Positions 19,484-27,816 of a DNA stretch of 64,000 nucleotides are shown piece by piece. The first letter of the stretch is position 1, and each line of letters begins with the position of its first letter. The notes beneath the pieces were generated by a model. That model made no database searches and had not been told where the DNA came from. It was given only the letters and a program-made list of their open reading frames with translations. Position numbers and translations under genes: made by a program. The DNA comes from Thermoplasmata archaeon (GTDB lineage Archaea; Thermoplasmatota; Thermoplasmata; Thermoplasmatales; Thermoplasmataceae), in contig JAJZXU010000022.1 of assembly GCA_021806235.1 (NCBI GenBank), forward strand, positions 12,606 to 76,605, written 5' to 3'.

Positions 19484-22400
19484 CTGTTTTTTTCATTTAA
19501 ATTTTTAAAGTTTATCCTGTTTATATTGTTTACAATATCGTGTAAAACACTTTCCGGATTTTTTATGTAATCTATAGACCAGACCCTGTATAAACTCCAC
19601 CCACGACCTTTTAATATTTCATTTCTTATTCTTTCTCTTTCTGAAACAGTTTTCATGCTGTTATAAATGGTTCCATCCGTTTCTATGCCCAGGATATAAT
19701 GATTTTCGTTTTCAGGGTCTATTACAGCCAGGGCTATATTGTTTCTTGAAAAACCTATATTTTTTTCTGTTTTAAAGCCATTTTTTTCAAGATTATTTGA
19801 TATATCGTTTATTATCTCATCATTATTTTTAAATTCCCTGAAATCAGTGACATTACTGTTTACTGCAAAATTTATATATTTCCTTAACAGATCTGGCCCC
19901 TTGCCCGAATTTAATGGCACCCTGATATCCTCTGATCTTATTGATGATACAATTATAACCTTTTTTCTTGCCCTCGTTATCGCAACATTCAGCCTTTTTT
20001 CTCCACCTGCCGTGTTTATCGGACCGAAATTCATTGTCAGTTTTCCATTTTCATCCTTGCCGTAGCCTATACTTAAAATTATTATATCCTTCTCGTCACC
20101 CTGAACATTTTCCAGATTTTTAATAAAAATATCCCCATTATTCAATATTTCTGATAATACAGTATCATTTTTTGAATAATTCAGCATAACATCCTCCACT
20201 GCGGATCTCTGCGATTCACTCAATGTTACTATGCCTATTGATGTTGTATAATTTAATTCTTCCTTTAATATCCTTACAACTTCATTTGCCTCTGTTATGT
20301 TGTTCCTTTTCTTGCCACGTGAATACAGACCCTCAGTATAAATAAATTTTATTCCTGTTTCTTCCGGGTTTTTATATGCCGATGGGAATGATTCAAGTAA
20401 ATTGTCATAAAAATATTTATTTGAAAATGCTATTAATTTATCATCCACGCTTCTGTAGTGCCATTTTAATAATATTTTATTTAACCCCAGTGCATCAAAC
20501 TGGTCCAGAATATTATCAAGAACAACATAATCCTCACTGTATTTGCTGGAATTTATATTTTCAAAAAATGATGTTGGAGGAAGCTGCTGTGTATCACCCG
20601 AAACAATAACCTGCTTTGACCGCATTAATGATCCAACTGCCTCTGGTGGTGTTAACTGGGAAGCCTCATCAAAGATTAACAGGTCAAAGCTCATTTTATT
20701 GCCGAAGAATGAACTCACATTTGTTGGGCTTGTCATTACACATGGTTTTAACTTAAACACTGAGTTGCCGATTTCATCAAATAGTTTTTTTACCGGTTTC
20801 TGGTATTTTTTCTTTGAGTTTTCTGTTTTAATTATCATTGATATTTCAGGAGATCTGGATAATGCCTCCATTTTATTCCTGTATAAATTATATATTATAT
20901 TATTTCTATTTATCAGTATCCGCTTTTTATCAAATGATATGAACATATTTATGATCCTTTCGTGGGATGATGCCCTGAAATCCTTTAAATTTTCATCATT
21001 ATTTATATAATACATGATGAAATTTTTATAAAATTCTGACCTGAATGCTGACAGAATTAATCCGGGTTTTAATCTTTCATTCATTACCGATGATACATCT
21101 ATTCCCGCATTTCTCATTACCTCTATCAGGTCATTCAGCTTAACATATCTCTCAATGTCAGATGATAATATGTTATCTACAATGGCTTTTATTTCATTAA
21201 TGCCCGGTAATTGCAGATCATTATCGTCTAACATTGTATCTAAATAATTTATATTTTTTATTAACTCCTCATACAGGGGTTTTACAAACACTATCTCATC
21301 TATATCATTATAATTCGAAAAGAAGGCTTTAATACTGTCATTCGGTATGTTTTCTGTCATATTTATAATATTTTTTGCGTATAATATCCTTGCCTTTTCA
21401 TTCACAGAGATGTTTTTTTCTTCCATAGTGGTTTCCAGTGATTTTAATTCCTTTTCCTTTTCCTCTACTCTTGCGGCATAATCAAGGTCATTTAATATAT
21501 CATCATAACTATCCCTGCTTTTATCCTCCGTTAAATCCATTATTTCCTTTATTAATGCCTTATAATTTGATGATAACCGTTTTAGTTTTGTTCTGTATAA
21601 ATTCCTGAAATCATTCCTTAACTGTAAAATATCCAGGTTTAAGAATTTGGGTGACCTTTTCTTTGATAGTAGCTCTAACATATAATCGTACTCTGACTTT
21701 GCTTTATCATATTTTTCTATCAGGGAGTATAATTCATTTATGTAATCATCATTAAAATAATTATCATTGAGTTTTATTTCCGTATTTATGGAATTTACAA
21801 TGTTATAGATAGTTTCAAGTGAATTTATATTATCTATTTTAATTCCAAATACATTATTTATTAAATCCGCATTTTCAGTTAATTTATCAACATTTGATGA
21901 CAGATTTTCCAGATTCTTATAAAATGCTTCCTTATCATCCTTGAATTTCTCTATATTGAAACCTGCCGGGATTTTATTATAATCTTCTATTATGTCGGTA
22001 TAATCATCAAATTCTGCCAGCTGGAACTCTATATTATCCAGATCTTCCTTTGATACTTCCAGCACCTTATCATCTATTTTTAGTGTTAAATCTGTTTTAT
22101 TTTTTAGATAAATATCACACGCCTCATATATGCTTGTGTTTGATTTCCCCCTTTTCAAATGTATAGCCCTGGCATAATTATTTAGAGTATCTGAATACCT
22201 GTCCACCAGCATTTTTTCCTCAGTGATGCTGTTCTCATCTGTTATGGATCTATAAAATGATTTTATTATTTCCGATTTTGGTTTATTCCCATGAAATTCC
22301 AGTATATAATTGTCAAGGCCTATCTTATCAAGCCGTTTTTTAACAACGTCTATTGCAGCGTATTTCTCACTTACAAATAAAACGCTTTTATTGTTTTTCA

Positions 22401-23280
22401 TGGAATCGGCAATTATATTTGCAATTGTCTGGCTTTTGCCTGTTCCTGGTGGGCCATTTAAAATAAAGCTTGCACCGCATCTTGCAGCATATATTGCATT
22501 CAGCTGGCTTGAATCTGCATCCATTACAGTATCAATATCATAATTCATTTTTTCAGGCATTTTATCATTTAACGCCTTTATTATGTCTAAATTACCGGCA
22601 AGTGACTTTGTTAATTCATTATTCTTTATAAGGTCGTGATTATTTTTTATATCGTTATATATTGTATTGTTTGTAAATGATAGAATGCCGAGATAAACAG
22701 AATTACTGACAACCCATTTTGAATCTTTTATTATTAATTTAAAAACTCTAATGGCTTCAGAAACATTAAGATTCTCATCAAAATTAAAATCAAATTTTAT
22801 GCCAAACTGTTCCAGTTTTTCTTTTAATACTGGATTGAAAAATATCTCACCCTCAATGGACTCCAGATAAAAATTATCATATAATTTTTTATTGATTTCA
22901 ACAGGTACAAAGAATAACTGTGTTTCCACTCCATTACTGTTTTCATCGAACCATTTTAAGACACCGAATGATAGGTATAAAACATTTGAACCATGTTCCT
23001 TCAATGCATTTTTTGAATTATAAAGTATTTCATTCAGTGATTTTAATATACCCTCTCTTTTTGATATTATAATTTCATCCTTTTTTCTTGTTTCATCGTT
23101 ATTTAATTTAAATACCATTTTTTTATCCTTGTTAACAAGGTCATCGAATAGAAAGGCCATTGACGGGGTTAATATTCTTAAAAAGTTTTTATTGTCGAAA
23201 TATAATAATTTATTATTTTTTGATGTGTCTATTATATCTTTTTCCCATTTTTTTATGTTTTCATCTATGTTTACTTCCAT
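19465..23280 (-). CDS. DUF4011 + SF1 (Upf1-like) helicase + C-terminal Vsr/REase-like domain (Hhe-type defence protein)
   Basis: N-terminal WEKDIIDTSKNNKLL and LYLSFGVLKW; GPPGTGKS, DEASQ, GDTQQLPP, HYRS, NVQGDEKD, RLNVAITRAR; C-terminal GIETDG...GWSLYRVWS. Confidence 0.85.
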   Translation of the reverse strand: MEVNIDENIKKWEKDIIDTSKNNKLLYFDNKNFLRILTPSMAFLFDDLVNKDKKMVFKLNNDETRKKDEIIISKREGILKSLNEILYNSKNALKEHGSNVLYLSFGVLKWFDENSNGVETQLFFVPVEINKKLYDNFYLESIEGEIFFNPVLKEKLEQFGIKFDFNFDENLNVSEAIRVFKLIIKDSKWVVSNSVYLGILSFTNNTIYNDIKNNHDLIKNNELTKSLAGNLDIIKALNDKMPEKMNYDIDTVMDADSSQLNAIYAARCGASFILNGPPGTGKSQTIANIIADSMKNNKSVLFVSEKYAAIDVVKKRLDKIGLDNYILEFHGNKPKSEIIKSFYRSITDENSITEEKMLVDRYSDTLNNYARAIHLKRGKSNTSIYEACDIYLKNKTDLTLKIDDKVLEVSKEDLDNIEFQLAEFDDYTDIIEDYNKIPAGFNIEKFKDDKEAFYKNLENLSSNVDKLTENADLINNVFGIKIDNINSLETIYNIVNSINTEIKLNDNYFNDDYINELYSLIEKYDKAKSEYDYMLELLSKKRSPKFLNLDILQLRNDFRNLYRTKLKRLSSNYKALIKEIMDLTEDKSRDSYDDILNDLDYAARVEEKEKELKSLETTMEEKNISVNEKARILYAKNIINMTENIPNDSIKAFFSNYNDIDEIVFVKPLYEELIKNINYLDTMLDDNDLQLPGINEIKAIVDNILSSDIERYVKLNDLIEVMRNAGIDVSSVMNERLKPGLILSAFRSEFYKNFIMYYINNDENLKDFRASSHERIINMFISFDKKRILINRNNIIYNLYRNKMEALSRSPEISMIIKTENSKKKYQKPVKKLFDEIGNSVFKLKPCVMTSPTNVSSFFGNKMSFDLLIFDEASQLTPPEAVGSLMRSKQVIVSGDTQQLPPTSFFENINSSKYSEDYVVLDNILDQFDALGLNKILLKWHYRSVDDKLIAFSNKYFYDNLLESFPSAYKNPEETGIKFIYTEGLYSRGKKRNNITEANEVVRILKEELNYTTSIGIVTLSESQRSAVEDVMLNYSKNDTVLSEILNNGDIFIKNLENVQGDEKDIIILSIGYGKDENGKLTMNFGPINTAGGEKRLNVAITRARKKVIIVSSIRSEDIRVPLNSGKGPDLLRKYINFAVNSNVTDFREFKNNDEIINDISNNLEKNGFKTEKNIGFSRNNIALAVIDPENENHYILGIETDGTIYNSMKTVSERERIRNEILKGRGWSLYRVWSIDYIKNPESVLHDIVNNINRINFKNLNEKNSAGREI

Positions 23281-23337
23281 TGATATTCCTTATCTAATAG
23301 TTAAAAATGTATATTAATCTTATTGTTTAATAATTAT

Positions 23338-24618
23338 CAATTGCGTTTCCTATATTTAATTTTTCGTCTTACCTGTGTTATATTTATCCTATGATTTAAT
23401 TAATAACCCATGATTAAATTTGTTAGACAAACACTGAAAGATTCCTGCAATTATATACCAGAGATTACGGAGATAGATAAGTATTCCAAAAGAATAGGTT
23501 TTCTGTAACATGCGTCAATACTTGTAGGTTCAGCAATTTCCAGGGAGGATCTGGCAGCTCCAGCCATTAACAGCGGTATAAGCAAACCACGGTTATCAAA
23601 ATTGAATGCATACAGGAAGTACCAGATGCTTGCTGGTGTATTCTATGATCCTTTATATCCATTTATAATGGCACACAACTATTCCATATATGAGGGATTG
23701 CTGAATATAATTGGAATAGATTCAACATTCATAAAAACAATGGCAAAGGGTTCAGGCAGGTATACAGGGGAGAATACACAGTATGGAATAAAGATGCATA
23801 ATGCATCAATAGTATTTCCCCTTGCCGTACCGATAGAATCCATTGTTACACCTGCAAATACAAATGGCAGCATCAAGTTTGATGGCATTGTAAATAATAT
23901 AGATGGCAACACACTGGAGAGAGCAATACTTGCATTCGATCTGGGCTATTACAGCCTTAAGAGATTTAAGAAACTGAACAGTAAGGGAATTATGTTCAGA
24001 ATAAAGGGCAATGCAGTGTATGAAATTATTAAGGAACATAAGAATTCCAAAATAATAAGATTCAGCAATGGATTGGAATTAAGGCTTGTAACGCTTCTTA
24101 TTGATAAAGATGAAAGGAATTATATTACCAATATAATGGATGTTCCGGATATCTATATCCATTATATCTATTCACAGAGATGGTCAATAGAGATATTTTT
24201 TAGAAGAATGTCAATGGCATTATGCTGCAGATCTTTGCATCACTCATAGCATACATTATTCTATCAATGATGCAATCATTGATGGCCTATTCCATATCCC
24301 TGGCAGAAATATTAAGAATGCTGAGAAATGTGATTAAACTGCCATTTAAAACAGGTAAGAGCACTGCAAAGAACTGTAAGATATAATTATAATTGAATAG
24401 AACGGGTTCCACATGGGGGAAACCATTACCCCTATCCTAGAGCATGCTATAATCAGGATAATTTAGATAAGCTTTTCCATGGCATATTTTACTGTATTTT
24501 AATAGATAATAATGAAAATTAACAGCATTGATATTAATTAGTACTCCATTAGTATTAAAAAACGGTAAAAATTAAGTTAAGTTTCTGGAGTAATGGTTAA
24601 GTATAGGAAACGCAATTG
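23338..24618 (+). mobile_element. IS4-family insertion sequence, decayed
   Basis: Perfect 17-bp TIR CAATTGCGTTTCCTATA at 23338-23354 and 24602-24618; 7-bp direct repeat TAATTAT at 23331-23337 and 24619-24625. Confidence 0.9.
23410..24249 (+). pseudogene. IS4 DDE transposase with a premature stop
   Basis: ATG 23410, in-frame TAA at 23506, same frame continues through IDST, FDLGY and YSQRWSIEIFFR; C-terminus looks truncated. Confidence 0.8.
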
Positions 24619-24639
24619 TAATTATTATAAATAAAAAAT

Positions 24640-25866
24640 TTAAACTTCCTGGTAATCTATATTTACATTTTTTGTTTCTATGCCATAATGATTCCATATC
24701 ACTGCTCCAATAAACCCAATTAGCCATAAAACTACATTCAGTAAAACAAAATCATATAAATTCAGTGTGCTTGTATATAAAACCAGTAATGTGTATGATA
24801 TCATAGGGGCAAGCCTTACAGTTCCTATAAATGCTCCACGCCTCCTTGTGGGTGCCAGCTCCGGTTCTAAAGTTGTCCTTGATGCCCATGCAAATTCACT
24901 CAACATCATATTCACAAATAGTAGTGGGTAAAATATTAAAACGTTTTTTAAATATGGAACAAGCAGGAATATTAAAACTGTTGATACAAAACCGAAGAAA
25001 TATGAATATAATGTATATTTTTTTCTACCCCTTGTTATCAGGGGTGCTGCTATAAACCCTGCTACTGAAGCTCCAAGTAACGCTACAAATATAATCATAT
25101 TATCTGTGGAAACTCCAGCGAATTCGTATGGACCTATGATATACGCCATTAAACCAAATGTTGTATACTGTGATATGCCCATTATCATTAATACCGGCAG
25201 GCTTAATTTATATGGTGGTTTATTAGCATCTGTTCCATTGCCATCAATATACAGTTCAGATTTTTCCTTTTCGGCCTCTGAATGTTTACCATTTACCTTT
25301 AGCCATCTGTATGATTCTGGCAGCAGTAACCTTGAAATTATCATTATTATTATAAGTACTGCAGCGGATGCCAGTAATATTATCCTGTCATAGAATACAT
25401 CTGCGGTTATAATAAATAACCCCGCTATTAATGCACTGCCGATATTATCAAAGTCGGATATTATTGTTAACCACTTTGCCCTCTGTGATATGGGTGAGTT
25501 CTCCGAGATCAGAGATAATGTTGGTATCTCCTCACCACCAACACCAAATTCCGCCAGTAGAAGTCCAATTAACAGTGTAACAAAAACATAACTTAATGAA
25601 ATTATTAATATTCCTACACTGTAAATTATCATTGTGATTATAAATATTTTCTTCCTGCCAATTCTATCCGATAAAAATCCCATTGTTATATTCCCAAACG
25701 GAACTAATATGGGACCTATTAAAAGAATTATTACCTTTAACGTTTTCGGTAAAACTCCTATTAGGGAACCGGCTGCTGCCAAGGGTCCCAATGTAGCTAT
25801 CATACCCCAGAATGTTAAGCCAGAAGAGCTGGAAAGCAACATAAATTTCTGCTTCTTGCTTAACAT
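24640..25866 (-). CDS. MFS transporter, probably for thiamine or a precursor
   Basis: MFS motif A GFLSDRIGRKK, many TM segments; TPP riboswitch upstream; SD AGGTG before ATG 25866. Confidence 0.88.
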   Translation of the reverse strand: MLSKKQKFMLLSSSSGLTFWGMIATLGPLAAAGSLIGVLPKTLKVIILLIGPILVPFGNITMGFLSDRIGRKKIFIITMIIYSVGILIISLSYVFVTLLIGLLLAEFGVGGEEIPTLSLISENSPISQRAKWLTIISDFDNIGSALIAGLFIITADVFYDRIILLASAAVLIIIMIISRLLLPESYRWLKVNGKHSEAEKEKSELYIDGNGTDANKPPYKLSLPVLMIMGISQYTTFGLMAYIIGPYEFAGVSTDNMIIFVALLGASVAGFIAAPLITRGRKKYTLYSYFFGFVSTVLIFLLVPYLKNVLIFYPLLFVNMMLSEFAWASRTTLEPELAPTRRRGAFIGTVRLAPMISYTLLVLYTSTLNLYDFVLLNVVLWLIGFIGAVIWNHYGIETKNVNIDYQEV

Positions 25867-25902
25867 TCTATACACCTGTTAAATGCTCTATTTTCTTTCA
25901 TG

Positions 25903-25985
25903 ACCATCTTCCTCCGCCGGTATTGCCCGGATCAGGTTCCACGGGTCGATCCCTATCCTCTCAGCTTTTTAAGCTCCCCGGTATT
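25903..25985 (-). ncRNA. TPP riboswitch (THI element)
   Basis: Minus strand: ACCGGGGAGC-TTAAAAA-GCTGAGAGG...GACCCGTGGAACCTGATCCGGGCAATACCGGCGGAGGAAGATGGT, with the CTGAGA and ACCTGAT...GCGGAGG consensus elements. Confidence 0.95.
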
Positions 25986-26025
25986 TTATGTAGTTATAAC
26001 GGCTATAAAAATATTTTTATTAATA

Positions 26026-27556
26026 CAGACTCTCCGCATGTCATACAGAATAGTTTCCAGTTTTTGAGAAATAATGTAGCTTTATGAATTAATATATGTA
26101 TTGAAGTAGCAGACAAGTTAAAATTGGGGGAAATGATTATGATTTATGAATGACATAATCCCCCCATTAAATAATGCAAGAGATGTTAAAAAGCTTTTCT
26201 CATCTTCACTTAATAGTTTATTCTCACCTGCAATGGCAGCAAACTCATTATATAATGCTGGAGATCTTGTAAATGCAATAAGGAATTCCATTACCAGAAA
26301 GCTGTATATAGAAACCTATGTGAGGAATAATCCATCTAAGCATACACCATCTGCTGATACTGTATTCAGGTGGCTCCGTTATGTTGCATCCGAACAGGAA
26401 TCATATAACGGTGATATCTATGATGGCAGTAGCAAGGAAAATAATTCAGGCATTGATGCCATATCTGGACTCATTGACCTTACTGTAAGGATTGCAGTGA
26501 ATAGTGGTGCATTTAAACAGCCTGTGAATGTTGCCATCGATGAGCATGACGAGCCATACTATGGCATGGATAATAGATACCTTATCAATGCACCATTCCA
26601 TAAGTTCCGTGGTACTGATAAGGCATACAGGTTTGCAACACTGGACACGGTAAAGAAGGGTGAGAGGTTTACACTGGCCGTCATGAAGAAAAACCAGCTG
26701 GATGGCATAGACAATGCAATGGAGGTTGGAGAATTGATAAAGCATGCAATTAGCCTTGGAATCAAAATAGACAAGGTCCTCATTGACCGTGGATACCTGG
26801 ATGTTGGAGTAATAAAGACAATAGAGGGGCATAAACTGGAGTATATTGTGCCTGCAAAGGACAATACAAAGGTAAAGAAATTCAAGAAGATGGAAATGGA
26901 GTACCATAATAGCTTCTCATTCCTGGTAATAAGGGATACCATATCATCAGGAAAGGAAAGTGTTAATTCCAGTTTTGTCCATGTGGTGTACTATCCAGAT
27001 GGGAAAAAGCATGATTTCTCATTCTATACGAATATGGATGTGAATGAGTATAATGTAATAGCCATTGCAGAACTCTACAGGGAGAGGTGGTGTATAGAGA
27101 ATGGCTACCTGGAAAAGAAGGAAACAAAGGAGAAGACACATTCAACTGCCATTGCAGTACGGTATTTCCTTTACTTTTTAGCTGTGCTGCTATATAACCT
27201 GTGGATCCTTATAAACCTTGTAAGGATTAAATCCGGTTATTCATGGCTCATACTCATGGACTTTCTCATAGCCATGGGCAGGGGTAAATGGGTGATGATT
27301 ATGAACGACAACGGATAAACATACAGAATAAAAGGGATATATATGGCTCCCAATTATTCGATATACATGCCATTGATAGCTGATGCTATGGCCGTGGCAT
27401 GATACACCGCTGTTCTATAGGGTAAAAATTGGAAGGGTTTGTAGCAGCATAAGATAAAAATACCCGGATTATACAGATTCAATCATATGAGAATATATGG
27501 ATTCACAGAAAATGCCTATTAAAACCATCCAGATTAATACACATGCGGAGAGTCTG
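26026..27556 (+). mobile_element. ISH3-family insertion sequence, apparently intact
   Basis: 16-bp TIR CAGACTCTCCGCATGT at 26026-26041 and 27541-27556; 5-bp target duplication TAATA at 26021-26025 and 27557-27561. Confidence 0.92.
26146..27318 (+). CDS. ISH3-type DDE transposase
   Basis: AIDEHDEPYYG, LIDRGY, YRERWCIENGY. Confidence 0.9.
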   Translation: MNDIIPPLNNARDVKKLFSSSLNSLFSPAMAANSLYNAGDLVNAIRNSITRKLYIETYVRNNPSKHTPSADTVFRWLRYVASEQESYNGDIYDGSSKENNSGIDAISGLIDLTVRIAVNSGAFKQPVNVAIDEHDEPYYGMDNRYLINAPFHKFRGTDKAYRFATLDTVKKGERFTLAVMKKNQLDGIDNAMEVGELIKHAISLGIKIDKVLIDRGYLDVGVIKTIEGHKLEYIVPAKDNTKVKKFKKMEMEYHNSFSFLVIRDTISSGKESVNSSFVHVVYYPDGKKHDFSFYTNMDVNEYNVIAIAELYRERWCIENGYLEKKETKEKTHSTAIAVRYFLYFLAVLLYNLWILINLVRIKSGYSWLILMDFLIAMGRGKWVMIMNDNG

Positions 27557-27816
27557 TAATACAGTGTAAAAAATAAATTTTTAAGATACCTATTTTAATT
27601 TAAATAATTGGACTTTTCTGATAATACCATAAAATGATCGAAAATAATTCTCCTGCAAATAATTATTTAATATATTAAGGGGCGTATTGGAGAAACTCTA
27701 TTGAATGTATTTACAGTGATACAACATCAGTAGGATATTTGAATTCGTGTTAATGATGTCTTTATCCAAACAGTAAAATGGTCGATTTATAATTTTATAA
27801 ATAAAACCGTGCGAAA

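Noticed and set aside
17344..19485. Identical tRNA 3' ends read as attL/attR of a provirus
   Set aside because: Both copies belong to complete tRNAs with different anticodons; no integrase or viral genes lie between them.
19179..19496. 105-aa minus-strand ORF
   Set aside because: Antisense to tRNA-Ser and the Lrp gene; spurious.
23338..27556. Composite transposon carrying the MFS gene
   Set aside because: The two IS elements have different TIRs and each has its own target duplication, so they inserted independently.
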